64,000 nucleotides of DNA from Alphaproteobacteria bacterium. Its GTDB lineage: Bacteria > Pseudomonadota > Alphaproteobacteria > RF32 > CAG-239. A model generated the notes under the pieces. The model was given only the letters and a program-made list of their open reading frames with translations, searched no databases and was not told the DNA's origin. Below, one piece after another: positions 32,039 to 42,385 of the stretch. Numbering within the stretch: the stretch's first letter is position 1; every line of letters begins with the position of its first letter. The position numbers and the translations under genes were made by a program. The stretch covers positions 12,768-76,767 of the forward strand of contig JAZODJ010000028.1 in NCBI GenBank assembly GCA_045597005.1, read 5' to 3'.

Positions 32039-33847
32039 TTATTCATCACCTATACGCAAAGCTTCAATAAACGCTGACTGAGGAACTTCAACTTTTCCAA
32101 ATTGGCGCATACGAAGTTTTCCTTTTTTCTGCTTATCCAAAAGCTTTCTTTTTCGTGTTATATCTCCGCCATAACATTTTGCTGTCACATCCTTACGCAA
32201 TGCCGAAATAGTCTCTCTGGCAACAACTCTTCCGCCAATACAAGCTTGAATAGGAATTTTAAACAAATGCCTCGGTATCAGGTCTTTCAATCTTTCACAA
32301 ATCTGTCTTCCTCGCGATTCGGCTTCTGTTTTATGGCACAAAAAAGCTAATGCATCAACCGGTTCTTCATTGATTAAAATCTGCACCTTAACCAAATCCG
32401 ATTCCTGATATCCGATAAGTTCATAATCAAAACTGGCATATCCGGACGTTATCGACTTCAACCTATCATAAAAATCAAACACAATTTCATTAAGTGGAAT
32501 CTTATAAACAACCATGGCTCTTGAACCGACATAGGTTAATTCTTGTTGCTCGCCTCGACGTTCGGTGCAAAGTTTTAACACAGCTCCCAAATATGTATCA
32601 GGCACTAAAATGGTTGCTTTCACCATAGGCTCCTCTATAGACGCAATCTTAGTTGGTTCCGGCATATCGGCTGGATTATGCAAAGTTATCTCTTCACCAT
32701 TTGTCATATGTATTTTATAGGCGACTGACGGAGCTGTTGTAATCAAATCCAAATCAAACTCTCTTCCCAATCGCTCTTGAATAATCTCCATATGCAAAAG
32801 GCCCAAAAAACCACACCTGAATCCTAAACCTAGAGCCGCTGAATTTTCATTTTGATAATCAACACTTGCATCATTAAGCTTAAGTTTCGCTAAAGCATCT
32901 TTTAATGCCTCATATTGGCTTGAATCAACCGGAAATATTGAACAAAACACTACCGGAATTGATGGTTTAAAACCTTTTAGAGGTTCATCACAAGGTCTTT
33001 TATGTTCAGTAATTGTATCACCGACACTACAATCCCCTACACTCTTAATACTTGCCGTAATAAAACCGACCTCTCCCGGATATAAAGCATCCACATCTGT
33101 CATTTTGGGCGAAAAAACACCGACTCTATCCACCAAATATGTCGCATTATTTGACATCATCCTTATTTGCGTTTTCTTTCGCAAAACACCATCATTAACA
33201 CGAACTAAAATAATCACACCCAAATAACTATCATACCAACTATCAATCAAGAGAGCTTTCAATGGAGCATTTTCATCCCCTTTAGGAGCAGGCAATTTAG
33301 TAACTATTTCTTCCAACAAATTATCAACACCCAATCCTGTCTTTCCAGAAGCTTCAACCGCTCCAGACGTATCAAGACCTATAACATCCTCAATTTGTTG
33401 TTTAACTCTTTCAACATCAGACGATGGCAAATCAACCTTATTTAATACCGGTATAATCTCATGATTATTATCTATCGCAAGATATACATTAGCCAGTGTC
33501 TGCGCCTCAACACCTTGTGTCGAATCAACAACTAAAACAGAACCTTCACACGAAGCTAATGAACGAGAAACTTCATACGAAAAGTCCACATGCCCCGGTG
33601 TATCAATAAGATTAAGCTGATAAACCTTTCCGTCTTTGGCTTTATAATTTAAACGCACTGTTTGTGCCTTAATCGTAATTCCACGCTCTTTTTCAATATC
33701 CATATTATCCAAAACCTGCTCGGTCATTTCTCTTTTTTCTAAACCACCGCAAGCTTCTATAAGCCGGTCTGCCAAAGTTGATTTACCATGGTCAATATGG
33801 GCAATAATTGCAAAATTTCTGATTAAATCAATATTATGATTACTCAT
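32039..33847 (-). CDS. lepA: elongation factor 4
   Basis: 602 aa; [32 protein letters not shown]; LepA C-terminal domain. Confidence 0.95.
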   Translation of the reverse strand: MSNHNIDLIRNFAIIAHIDHGKSTLADRLIEACGGLEKREMTEQVLDNMDIEKERGITIKAQTVRLNYKAKDGKVYQLNLIDTPGHVDFSYEVSRSLASCEGSVLVVDSTQGVEAQTLANVYLAIDNNHEIIPVLNKVDLPSSDVERVKQQIEDVIGLDTSGAVEASGKTGLGVDNLLEEIVTKLPAPKGDENAPLKALLIDSWYDSYLGVIILVRVNDGVLRKKTQIRMMSNNATYLVDRVGVFSPKMTDVDALYPGEVGFITASIKSVGDCSVGDTITEHKRPCDEPLKGFKPSIPVVFCSIFPVDSSQYEALKDALAKLKLNDASVDYQNENSAALGLGFRCGFLGLLHMEIIQERLGREFDLDLITTAPSVAYKIHMTNGEEITLHNPADMPEPTKIASIEEPMVKATILVPDTYLGAVLKLCTERRGEQQELTYVGSRAMVVYKIPLNEIVFDFYDRLKSITSGYASFDYELIGYQESDLVKVQILINEEPVDALAFLCHKTEAESRGRQICERLKDLIPRHLFKIPIQACIGGRVVARETISALRKDVTAKCYGGDITRKRKLLDKQKKGKLRMRQFGKVEVPQSAFIEALRIGDE

Positions 33848-34008
33848 TACTTTTTAATCTTTCTTAAATCATATCGTTTTATATTAGCTCAAAATAACCG
33901 AAAATTAAAAATACGCAAGTATTTTTGATTCTTGGTATAAAGATTGACTATCTTTAATAAAAAGCGCATAATAGACCATAATCTATTATTAAAAGTAAGA
34001 GGTGTGCC

Positions 34009-34446
34009 ATGAGAAAAATAATTGACATCGATTTCGGCTCCAGCCGCTACGAACAGTTGGTTGAACTACGCTACAAAGTTTTACTTGAACCACTCGGATT
34101 AAAGTTCCTGGATTCGCATCGTGACAAAGAAGCTAATTATCTTCACATTGGTTGCATCGAAAATCTTGATGATAAACTCATTGGCGGTTTAATGCTAATT
34201 CCGTTAAATAACAATATCATTCGTATGATGCAAGTTGCTGTTGACAGTAAACACCAAGGAGAAGGAGCCGGAAGAGAACTGGTACATTATGCTGAACAAC
34301 GATCAAAAAAAGCTGGATTTGAGAAAATTGTAATGCATGCGATGTTAAACGTCATTGGTTTTTATGAAAAATTAGGCTATACTCAGGAAGGTGATATTTT
34401 TGAAGAAAGAGGAATAACCTTCGCCAAAATGGTAAAAAGCTTATAA
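34009..34446 (+). CDS. GNAT family N-acetyltransferase
   Basis: 145 aa; VAVDSKHQGEGAGRELV acetyl-CoA binding motif. Confidence 0.8.
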   Translation: MRKIIDIDFGSSRYEQLVELRYKVLLEPLGLKFLDSHRDKEANYLHIGCIENLDDKLIGGLMLIPLNNNIIRMMQVAVDSKHQGEGAGRELVHYAEQRSKKAGFEKIVMHAMLNVIGFYEKLGYTQEGDIFEERGITFAKMVKSL

Positions 34447-34448
34447 AA

Positions 34449-34476
34449 GGGCGGAATTAATTTCCGCCTTTTTCTT
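34449..34476. terminator. intrinsic terminator overlapping the def 3' end
   Basis: GGCGGAA TTAAT TTCCGCC (34450..34468) followed by TTTTTCTTTT; A-run upstream. Confidence 0.5.
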
Positions 34477-34975
34477 TTCTAAACTTTTCTAACTTTTTCA
34501 ACAGCATCTGTCGTTTAAGTCTGCTTATTTTATCAATATACAAAATGCCATCCAAATGATCTAATTCATGCTGAACAGCAACAGCCAAAAAATCTTCCGC
34601 CAGCAATTCCTGTTTTATACCATTATAATCCATATATTGCACTCTAACCGAGGCAGGTCGTTCAACTTCAGCTCGCTGTCCCGGAACAGATAAACAACCT
34701 TCTTCACAAACTTCCTTTTCATCAGAAGCCCACACTATTTCAGGATTAACCATAAAAATAGGATTTGGCTCTTCATCTTCATGAGCAATATCAATCACAA
34801 CAACCCTTTTTGATACCCCGACTTGCGGAGCAGCCAAACCACAACCGTTAGACACATACATTGTCTCCAACATATCATCTAAAAAAGCTCGCATATCATC
34901 ATCCACTTTTTCAACCTTTTCGGCTTTTTGCTTCAATATCGGATGAGGATATTCATAAAGTTTTAAAACAGCCAT
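34457..34975 (-). CDS. def: peptide deformylase
   Basis: GCGLAAPQVG, EGCLSVPG, QHELDHLDG metal motifs. Confidence 0.9.
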   Translation of the reverse strand: MAVLKLYEYPHPILKQKAEKVEKVDDDMRAFLDDMLETMYVSNGCGLAAPQVGVSKRVVVIDIAHEDEEPNPIFMVNPEIVWASDEKEVCEEGCLSVPGQRAEVERPASVRVQYMDYNGIKQELLAEDFLAVAVQHELDHLDGILYIDKISRLKRQMLLKKLEKFRKEKGGN

Positions 34976-34976
34976 C

Positions 34977-35468
34977 TTATCTAACCTGTTTTGCTATTGA
35001 ATCTAATAATGCATTTACCATTTTAGGCTCATTTTTTGTAAAAAATGCATACGCCAAATCAACATATTCTTTAACAATAACCGTAGCATCAACATCTGTT
35101 GTATGAACCAATTCATAAGCTGCACACAACAACAACGCACGCAACGTTCCGTCAAATCTTTCAAACTGCCACCCTTCTTTAAGATAATTGCTCAAAGATT
35201 TTTCCAACATCTCTTTATTTTTATGAACATCACGAGTAAGTGTGGCAAAATAGTTGCTATCCATTTCATCTATTTCAACCATATTTTCCAACACCTCATA
35301 GCCGTCACTTTCTTCTTCAATCACATAACGACCGACCTCGCCATTGATAAAATCTTTAATTACTTCATCAACCGAAAGCTGACCGTATTCAATCATATAT
35401 GTCGCCTGCACTGCTGCCAATCTGGCTGCTGATTTTTTCTTAATCTTTTCTGAAATAAACTTAGCCAT
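34977..35468 (-). CDS. nusB: transcription antitermination factor NusB
   Basis: 163 aa; ARLAAVQATY N-terminus, helical NusB fold pattern. Confidence 0.85.
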   Translation of the reverse strand: MAKFISEKIKKKSAARLAAVQATYMIEYGQLSVDEVIKDFINGEVGRYVIEEESDGYEVLENMVEIDEMDSNYFATLTRDVHKNKEMLEKSLSNYLKEGWQFERFDGTLRALLLCAAYELVHTTDVDATVIVKEYVDLAYAFFTKNEPKMVNALLDSIAKQVR

Positions 35469-35941
35469 TAATCTTCTCCCGTAACTTTGGCCATTTTTTC
35501 CAATGTTTCCAAAAATTCCTCAAAATCCTTCGGCTCTCTAAAATCACGATAAACCGAAGCATATCTGATATATGCCACATGATCCAACGCAGCCAGAGCA
35601 GTCATTGTCAAATCACCTATTTTGGTTGACAAAATCTCTACTTCACCGGTACTTTCCAATCTCCTCTGAATAGAATTTACAATCTTTTCAACTCTCTCAC
35701 TACTGATAGGTCTTTTACGAACAGCCAAATAAATAGAACGAGCAAGTTTATCTCTGTCAAACATAACTTTCTCGCCATTTTTTTTAACTACCGTCAAATC
35801 TCGCAACTGCACATGTTCAAATGTTGTAAACCTTTGACCACATTCAGGACATTCTCTACGTCTGCGCACAGCTGTATCATCATCAGCATTACGAGAGTCT
35901 TTAACTTGTGTATCATTACATCCGCAAAAAGGACATTTCAT
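35468..35941 (-). CDS. nrdR: transcriptional repressor NrdR
   Basis: MKCPFCG ... [12 protein letters not shown] zinc ribbon plus ATP-cone. Confidence 0.9.
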   Translation of the reverse strand: MKCPFCGCNDTQVKDSRNADDDTAVRRRRECPECGQRFTTFEHVQLRDLTVVKKNGEKVMFDRDKLARSIYLAVRKRPISSERVEKIVNSIQRRLESTGEVEILSTKIGDLTMTALAALDHVAYIRYASVYRDFREPKDFEEFLETLEKMAKVTGED

Positions 35942-35946
35942 CTTTA

Positions 35947-37269
35947 TTATTTACCTTTTTCCAACAGCTTATCCGTGACTTGATAAAGTTTTGAGGAATA
36001 TCTTGCTCCTTTTATAAGAACAATATCATTATTTTGCAAGCACTTATTTAACAAAAAGTCTTCCAATCCGTCTTTGTTATCAAAATAATATTTTTCTTTA
36101 CTATCATCCACTTGAGCCAACATATCTTTCATTTCCGGACAAACACCTATAACCACATCAATATCTGTAGCATTAACAGTTTTTCCTATTTCAACATGTC
36201 TGGCTTTAGAAGTATTACCCAATTCGGCCATCTTACCCAAAACAACAATCTTACGACCGTTATGTTTGTTTTTTGCCAATGTTTCAATAGCTATTTTCAT
36301 GGCTTCCGGTTGCCCCGAATAACTATCATCTATCAATGTATAAATTCCGCCATTAGGCAATTTTAATTCGTGTTTAGCTCCTCTTCCGGCCAAAGCCTTA
36401 AAATCTTTCAATCTTTGTGCTGTTTTTTGAATATCCAATCCTAAAGCTTCAATTAATGTTAACACACACCAAGCATTATAAAAATTGTGTTCACCTTCGT
36501 CAGATAATTTTAATTCAACATTAGGATGATTATTTTTACCAAATTTTACAACTTTTGCTCCATTTTCAATTGCTCTTTTTTCCAAAACATCTGCAAAATT
36601 TGTATCTTCATTAATAACAGCAGTTCCGCCTTTTTTTAATGATTTAAAAATTTCAGCTTTAGCTTCCGCAATTCCTTCAAAATTATCAAAAAATTCTATA
36701 TGCATAGGATACACATTGGTTATAATTGCAACATCAGGCTTAACATAGCTCACTAATTCTTCTATTTCGCCTTTTGCACTCATCCCCATTTCAATTATCG
36801 CAAAATCAGCTGTCATATCAATATTGCAAAGAGTAATTGGAACACCGACATTATTATTATGATTTCCTTCCGTAGCATAAACTTTACCAAATTGCGAAAG
36901 TGCAAATTTTATTTCTTCTTTTGTTGTTGTTTTTCCTGCACTACCGGTCAAACCGATTACGATTCCCTTAAACAATGAACGATTATAAGCACCAATTTGT
37001 CCATATGCTTGCAAGGTATTTTTCACTACTATTTGTTGTTCTTTGACAACACCCTCAATTTCATGATCAACTATAACTAATGCAGCTCCATTTTCCAAAA
37101 CCTGCTGAACAAAATTATGTCCATCAAAATTTTCACCTTTGATTGCAATAAACAAATCCCCCTTTTTAACTTTACGGCTGTCAGTTACAATATTATCAAT
37201 ATCCACATCAGCAACATTACCATTAAAACCGACAACCTCAGCTATTTTTTTTGCATTAACCTTTTGCAT
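35947..37269 (-). CDS. murF: UDP-N-acetylmuramoyl-tripeptide--D-alanyl-D-alanine ligase
   Basis: 440 aa; [14 protein letters not shown]-loop, [11 protein letters not shown] Mur ligase C-domain. Confidence 0.9.
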   Translation of the reverse strand: MQKVNAKKIAEVVGFNGNVADVDIDNIVTDSRKVKKGDLFIAIKGENFDGHNFVQQVLENGAALVIVDHEIEGVVKEQQIVVKNTLQAYGQIGAYNRSLFKGIVIGLTGSAGKTTTKEEIKFALSQFGKVYATEGNHNNNVGVPITLCNIDMTADFAIIEMGMSAKGEIEELVSYVKPDVAIITNVYPMHIEFFDNFEGIAEAKAEIFKSLKKGGTAVINEDTNFADVLEKRAIENGAKVVKFGKNNHPNVELKLSDEGEHNFYNAWCVLTLIEALGLDIQKTAQRLKDFKALAGRGAKHELKLPNGGIYTLIDDSYSGQPEAMKIAIETLAKNKHNGRKIVVLGKMAELGNTSKARHVEIGKTVNATDIDVVIGVCPEMKDMLAQVDDSKEKYYFDNKDGLEDFLLNKCLQNNDIVLIKGARYSSKLYQVTDKLLEKGK

Positions 37270-37337
37270 AATTTATCCTTTCTTATAATCCATAATACAA
37301 GTATCATATCATCAAAAGTTAAATTTTTTGTTTAAAT

Positions 37338-37378
37338 TACAAAAGCGGTGTATGTTCTGTCAGCTAAACATACACCGC
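37338..37378 (-). terminator. intrinsic terminator after glyA
   Basis: Minus strand: GCGGTGTATGTT (complement of 37367..37378) loop AACATACACCGC (complement of 37345..37356), then UUUUGUAAU. Confidence 0.7.
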
Positions 37379-37394
37379 CATTTTATTGTCTATC

Positions 37395-38648
37395 TCAATA
37401 AATCGGAAACTCGGCACAAAGTTTCATAACTTTTTTTGCTGTCTCTGCTATAACCTTATCCTCATCATTTGTTCCGATAGCCTCAACAACATCTGCAATC
37501 CAATTTCCTATTTGTTCAAATTCTTTTTCCCCAAATCCTCTGGTTGTTCCTGCCGGAGTTCCTAATCTAATTCCCGAAGTAACTTTTGGCGGCATAGGGT
37601 CAAAAGGAATTGCATTTTTATTACATGTCATATGAGCTTTATCCAATGCATCAGCAACGAGGTCTCCTGTTACATTTTTGGGTCTCAAATCCACCAACAA
37701 CAAGTGAGTATCCGTTCCTCCCGAAACCAAATCAAGACCTCTTTCCTTTAGTGTATCTCCTAAAACTTTGGCATTACTTACAACTTGCGCTGCATATTTC
37801 CTAAACTCTTCTGTTAAATCTTCTTTAAAACAAACAGCCTTAGCAGCAATAACATGCTCCAAAGGCCCCCCTTGAGACCCCGGAAAAATAGCCGAATTTA
37901 TCTTCTTTGCCAAATCTTCTCTGTTTGTCAAAATCATTCCACCACGTGGACCTCTCAATGTTTTATGAGTAGTCGTAGTAACAACATCCGCCCATTGTAA
38001 AGGATTCGGATGCACTCCGCCGGCAACCAACCCCGCAAAATGAGCCATATCTACCATCAAATATGCCCCTACCTCGTCAGCAATTTTTCTAAATCTGGCA
38101 AAATCAATTTGACGAGGATATGCAGACCCTCCGGCGATAATCAATTTAGGGTTATTTTCTTTTGCTAAACGCTCCACGTCATCATAATCAATCAACCCGC
38201 TGTCCTTTTTAACTCCATATGCAACAGCGTTAAGCCATTTTCCTGAAATAGATACTTTTGATCCATGAGTTAAATGTCCTCCGGCATCCAAACTCATCCC
38301 TAAAATTGTATCAAACGGTTGCAACAATGCCAAATAAACAGCCGTATTTGCTTGACTACCCGAATGTGGCTGAACATTAACAAACTCTGCATTAAACAAT
38401 TTTTTTGCGCGTTCTATCGCCAAACTTTCAATTCCATCAACAAACTCACACCCGTGATAATATCTTCTTCCCGGATATCCTTCTGCATATTTGTTTGTTA
38501 AAATCGACCCTTGTGCTTCCAAAACAGCTTTTGAAACAATATTTTCCGAAGCAATCAACTCCACTTGATTTTGTTGGCGATTAAACTCTTTTTCAATAAG
38601 TTCAAAAATATCTTTATCTTCTACTTGCAACTCTTCTTTAAAATCCAT
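37395..38648 (-). CDS. glyA: serine hydroxymethyltransferase
   Basis: 417 aa; [25 protein letters not shown] site. Confidence 0.95.
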   Translation of the reverse strand: MDFKEELQVEDKDIFELIEKEFNRQQNQVELIASENIVSKAVLEAQGSILTNKYAEGYPGRRYYHGCEFVDGIESLAIERAKKLFNAEFVNVQPHSGSQANTAVYLALLQPFDTILGMSLDAGGHLTHGSKVSISGKWLNAVAYGVKKDSGLIDYDDVERLAKENNPKLIIAGGSAYPRQIDFARFRKIADEVGAYLMVDMAHFAGLVAGGVHPNPLQWADVVTTTTHKTLRGPRGGMILTNREDLAKKINSAIFPGSQGGPLEHVIAAKAVCFKEDLTEEFRKYAAQVVSNAKVLGDTLKERGLDLVSGGTDTHLLLVDLRPKNVTGDLVADALDKAHMTCNKNAIPFDPMPPKVTSGIRLGTPAGTTRGFGEKEFEQIGNWIADVVEAIGTNDEDKVIAETAKKVMKLCAEFPIY

Positions 38649-38661
38649 ATCTCAGCCTCCT

Positions 38662-39084
38662 TTATCCAAGCTCTGCAATTCGACGACAATGTCTCTCACC
38701 ATTAGAAAACGGAGTCGTCAAAAAAACATCCAAATATGCAAGAACATTTTCTTTTGATTGTGTTCTGGCTCCAAAAACCGCGACATTAGCATCATTGTGT
38801 TCACGAGTTAAAGATGCAACATCCTTATTGTACAAAATAGCGGCTCTAATTCCTTTGTGACGATTTGCAGCAATAGATATACCGATTCCCGTTCCACAAA
38901 TCAATACTCCAAAATCAGCTTGTCCACTGTTTATTACATCTACAAGCTTATCTGCAATCAATGGATAATCACACGATTCTTCAGAAAAAGTTCCGATATC
39001 TAGCCAATCGATATCCTGACGCTCATTCTTTAAAAATTCTTTTAATTCAAAGCCCCCATGATCAGCACCTATCACAATTTTCAT
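38662..39084 (-). CDS. rpiB: ribose-5-phosphate isomerase B
   Basis: MKIVIGADHGGFELK start (ATG 39084), LICGTGIGISIAANR; the upstream 57-codon extension of the ORF is probably not translated. Confidence 0.9.
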   Translation of the reverse strand: MKIVIGADHGGFELKEFLKNERQDIDWLDIGTFSEESCDYPLIADKLVDVINSGQADFGVLICGTGIGISIAANRHKGIRAAILYNKDVASLTREHNDANVAVFGARTQSKENVLAYLDVFLTTPFSNGERHCRRIAELG

Positions 39085-39159
39085 ACACCATCCCCCATAA
39101 AAAAACTTACAACTTTCACAATCATATAACAAAGTTGTGATAAAAAAACATTTTTTTTT

Positions 39160-39187
39160 AAAAAAGATGTTGACGTGTGAAAAAATT
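39160..39187 (+). promoter_or_regulatory. candidate sigma70-type promoter for the tRNA-Cys/tRNA-Asn pair
   Basis: TTGACG (39160..39165), 16-nt spacer, TATATA (39182..39187), about 45 nt upstream of tRNA-Cys. Confidence 0.4.
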
Positions 39188-39232
39188 ATTGTATATATAA
39201 TCTCACCGATTGAGAGAACGGTAACCATGAAT

Positions 39233-39307
39233 GGCCGGTTGGCAGAGTGGCTCATGCAGAGGACTGCAAATCCTTGTACATCGGTTCGATTCCGGTACCG
39301 GCCTCCA
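39233..39307 (+). tRNA. tRNA-Cys (GCA)
   Basis: 75 nt cloverleaf folded by hand: acceptor GGCCGGT/ACCGGCC, anticodon loop CTGCAAA, T-loop GGTTCGATTCC, encoded CCA. Confidence 0.95.
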
Positions 39308-39322
39308 AATATACCGTATTAT

Positions 39323-39397
39323 TCCGGCTTAGCTCAGCGGTAGAGCAATCGGCTGTTAACCGATTGGTCGCCTGTTCGAATCAGGCAGCCGGAGCCA
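39323..39397 (+). tRNA. tRNA-Asn (GTT)
   Basis: 75 nt: TCCGGCTTAGCTCAGCGGTAGAGC D-arm, anticodon stem ATCGG/CCGAT with loop CTGTTAA, T-arm CCTGTTCGAATCAGG, encoded CCA. Confidence 0.95.
39376..39397 (+). repeat. left copy of 22-nt direct repeat (tRNA-Asn 3' end; attL-like)
   Basis: TCGAATCAGGCAGCCGGAGCCA, identical to 47431..47452. Confidence 0.85.
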
Positions 39398-39405
39398 ACA
39401 TCCAG

Positions 39406-39440
39406 ATAAAGTCTTGTTTTTGCAAGACTTTATTTTTTTT
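39406..39440 (+). terminator. intrinsic terminator after tRNA-Asn
   Basis: 11-bp stem ATAAAGTCTTG/CAAGACTTTAT (39406..39416 / 39423..39433), then T7. Confidence 0.75.
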
Positions 39441-39583
39441 ATAAAATCGTAAAATCAAAAATTGCTAATAACTTCTGCTAATAAATTTCCTAAGTATGAG
39501 CCAACAAAAGGACACATACTGAACAGCCCAAATGGCAAACATCAATACATCAAAGCTAATGTTGATGAGTAAAAATCTCATCA

Positions 39584-41197
39584 TTAAAAATGTAAAGATA
39601 ATCCTATATTAAAACTATCTGAATATTTAGCATCGCTATAATGGAAATAATCAAAATAAACTTCATTATTTTCAGATACTTTATAACCAATATAAAAATT
39701 GTATTTTTCATCAAAACCTATATTATTTTGTTTGGCATTAAAATATTTTTCATAAGAAGTGATAATTTTTATATTATCACTAATTTTTGAAATAGCACCA
39801 ATTTGGGGAGAAATGTAAAAATTTGAGTAATCATCATAATGATAGCCAATTTTAGGTAAAAAATATACAGAAGTTGTTGAGATTTTTTTACTTACACCTA
39901 AACCAAACTCAAAAATAGGTTTTAATTCTGTTTCTTCATTGAATAAGTCATTTTCAAAACCTAAACGAAAATATTTAGAAAAACTATTTGTTGATGAATA
40001 ATCAATAATTGATTTCATCTTTAATATATCAATTTTATCAATGGTCAGTTTTTTATCCGCATTGAAGTAATTGAATGATACATCAAACATTTTGCTTTCT
40101 AAATCAGAAAAATAAGCATCTGAAATATCCCTAATATCCTGATAGACAGGACTAATATTCATATTAGTAATATTATTAGATAAATCTTGTGAAATTGACA
40201 ATCTTGTCGGTTTGGGAGCATTACCTATATAATTTAATCCAAATTTTTCTATTACTGTTCTTTGTGTTTCCGTCGGCTCTATGCTTATGTCTGATATTTT
40301 ATTATCGTCATGTAATTTTTGGATGTACTCAACAGGAGTAACAAATGGCTTTATTGTTTCCATGGAAAAATCTTTGTTTGCAACTTTTAATATACTTATT
40401 AAAGCCGTGTTACAATTATGAGATAATAAAGAATATTTTATATTTTTTTCTTTTAATTCCCATAAATGTTCTTTTAATCGTACTTTATCTTCATCATTTA
40501 AATATAATTTAAATTCCCATAATGAGCGTTGTTCTTTGTTTAAATATTCTGATGCTTTTTCTACATATGGCGATAGGATATAAACACCATCAATACCTGT
40601 TGTTAATACATCAATGTAAAATTTTATATTATTGGCATTATTAAAAGCCGCAAAATAACTAAACGCATGACTACGAGCGTTGCCATCAATTCTCAAAAAA
40701 GTATGTCCCATCATAGAAGATGGACTAAAATTATTTTCTGATGCAAAAACTACATATACATTTTCAAATAATACATTGTTTTTATATTCTTCATATTCCT
40801 TACAATGTGGTTTAGGAAATAATTCTTTGGATAAATTTAATGATTTAACAATATAATTAAACCTTGCAGGATACATACATATAGTATGTTTATCATTTAA
40901 TGATGCTTCATTTATTAATGATCTAAGTGTTGCTTCATATTCAGATTTTGGATTTATATATCCATCTGATGATAGGAAAAAATCGCTATTTGAATTTATA
41001 ACGCTTTTCCTACCATCATAATGTAATATATTTTTCCATTCTAATGAATCATAAAACTCTGCAGTTGTTTTTTTACTTAATTCTTCATATGTATAATTAG
41101 CATTAGCTGTATTACCATAAAGAAGAAAAAATAGCAAAAAACTACTTAATAGAGCATGAATCTTTACGATATACTGGAACAATGATATTATTATCAT
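39584..41197 (-). CDS. DUF4105 / Lnb N-terminal-domain-like protein with outer-membrane-type C-terminus
   Basis: 543-aa ORF (to 41215); signal-like ALLSSFLLFFLLYGNTANA; SSMMGHTFLRIDG motif, which I associate with DUF4105 from memory; ends IGLSLHF (terminal aromatic, beta-barrel-like); start uncertain, ATG 41197 overlaps the upstream gene by 56 nt. Confidence 0.55.
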   Translation of the reverse strand: MIIISLFQYIVKIHALLSSFLLFFLLYGNTANANYTYEELSKKTTAEFYDSLEWKNILHYDGRKSVINSNSDFFLSSDGYINPKSEYEATLRSLINEASLNDKHTICMYPARFNYIVKSLNLSKELFPKPHCKEYEEYKNNVLFENVYVVFASENNFSPSSMMGHTFLRIDGNARSHAFSYFAAFNNANNIKFYIDVLTTGIDGVYILSPYVEKASEYLNKEQRSLWEFKLYLNDEDKVRLKEHLWELKEKNIKYSLLSHNCNTALISILKVANKDFSMETIKPFVTPVEYIQKLHDDNKISDISIEPTETQRTVIEKFGLNYIGNAPKPTRLSISQDLSNNITNMNISPVYQDIRDISDAYFSDLESKMFDVSFNYFNADKKLTIDKIDILKMKSIIDYSSTNSFSKYFRLGFENDLFNEETELKPIFEFGLGVSKKISTTSVYFLPKIGYHYDDYSNFYISPQIGAISKISDNIKIITSYEKYFNAKQNNIGFDEKYNFYIGYKVSENNEVYFDYFHYSDAKYSDSFNIGLSLHF

Positions 41198-41537
41198 ATT
41201 TCCACATCGCTCCATTGGATATATCTGTTGTTGTTCCTGTCCATAAATTGAAATAATTAGCGAGGAAGAACATGTCCAAATGATTATCAGCCATTGTTAC
41301 TGTTTGTCTATGACATTTATCTTCTTTTACAGATATTGTTAAAGGTGTATTTCCCTTTGATACAGATATAACTGTTGGAAGAGTTACTGATTGCATACCA
41401 TCTGTGCTATTAATATCTGCTTTTACAGTATCTCCATTAGATGTCATAACATTAATATTTTGGGTTGTTCCATTAAACATCGTTGCACATGATGATAAAA
41501 CAAACATTATGCTACATATAAAACTTATCTTTTTCAT
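41142..41537 (-). CDS. lipoprotein (paralog A)
   Basis: 131 aa; lipobox VLSS-C; shares NINVMTS-G, TISV/TIQVK-GKC and TTD---GAMWKYD with the neighbouring gene. Confidence 0.7.
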   Translation of the reverse strand: MKKISFICSIMFVLSSCATMFNGTTQNINVMTSNGDTVKADINSTDGMQSVTLPTVISVSKGNTPLTISVKEDKCHRQTVTMADNHLDMFFLANYFNLWTGTTTDISNGAMWKYDNNIIVPVYRKDSCSIK

Positions 41538-41554
41538 AGGCAGTCCTTATATGT

Positions 41555-41950
41555 TTATTTTAAGCATTGTGTTTTTTTATTTACATTTACAACGACAGTA
41601 GAATCGTATTTCCACATTGCACCAGTTGTAGAATCTGTTGTAGAACCCAAAATGCCACCTGTTAAAAGATTACCCCAAAACCATGGCTCAATGCTTGATT
41701 TTGCCACAGATACAGTTTCACTATTACATTTTCCATCTTTTACCTGTATTGTTATATCTTGGCTATCTTTTTGAACAGAAATAAGTTGAGGCAATTTCGT
41801 TTCTCTCATTCCATTTTTTGTAAAAATGGTTGCTTCTACTTCACTACCGTCACTTGTCATGACATTAATATTTTGAGTTTTTCCTTTTATTATTGAGGCA
41901 CAACCTGATAAAATCGTTGCTGTCATCAATAGTGCTACTAATTTTTTCAT
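41555..41950 (-). CDS. lipoprotein (paralog B)
   Basis: 131 aa; lipobox ILSG-C; AAGGAAG SD 8 nt upstream; tandem paralog of 41142..41537. Confidence 0.7.
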   Translation of the reverse strand: MKKLVALLMTATILSGCASIIKGKTQNINVMTSDGSEVEATIFTKNGMRETKLPQLISVQKDSQDITIQVKDGKCNSETVSVAKSSIEPWFWGNLLTGGILGSTTDSTTGAMWKYDSTVVVNVNKKTQCLK

Positions 41951-41982
41951 ATGATTTAACTTCCTTTTCTTTAATTGTAATT

Positions 41983-42293
41983 AAAAAGAAAACCACCTTC
42001 TTAAAGGTGGTCGGAGAGTTCATCAATCATATTGCTTTAAATGATTCTTTTAGCCTTTAAAGTCAAAAAACTTCTGAACATACGCCAAAAGCTCCCCGAC
42101 CAAAAGAGTTTGAAACTATTTTAATCGGGGATATATCTATTATTAGCCTAATAAACAGCTAACAATATGACGATGTTATATCCTAACACCGAAAGCAATA
42201 AGAGCCGATGAAAGCTCCGTACCACATTGGTACTAAGTGTAAAATGTATTCCACACCTGACATCATATTAAAAAGCTGATAGTTAAAATGCAA
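41983..42293 (-). promoter_or_regulatory. promoter plus ~270-nt structured leader with terminator/antiterminator upstream of the lipoprotein operon
   Basis: Minus strand: TTGCAT-17 nt-TAATAT (complement of 42288..42293 and 42265..42270); terminator ACCACCUU/AAGGUGGU (41992..42011) plus UUUUCUUUUU; competing 10-bp helix (42092..42101 with 42009..42018). Confidence 0.45.
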
Positions 42294-42385
42294 TTAAAAT
42301 CATATAATTATTGGAAAATTATTTTGCTTTTTTATGTAAATTTGATTACACTGATAGCATACTGCATTTATGATGGTTTTATAAA

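Noticed and set aside
39137-39444. ORFs 39137..39343 and 39247..39444 (+), and the N-terminal extension of rpiB (39085..39255)
   Set aside because: They overlap the tRNA-Cys and tRNA-Asn genes and their promoter. rpiB has a canonical MKIVIGADHGG start at 39084.
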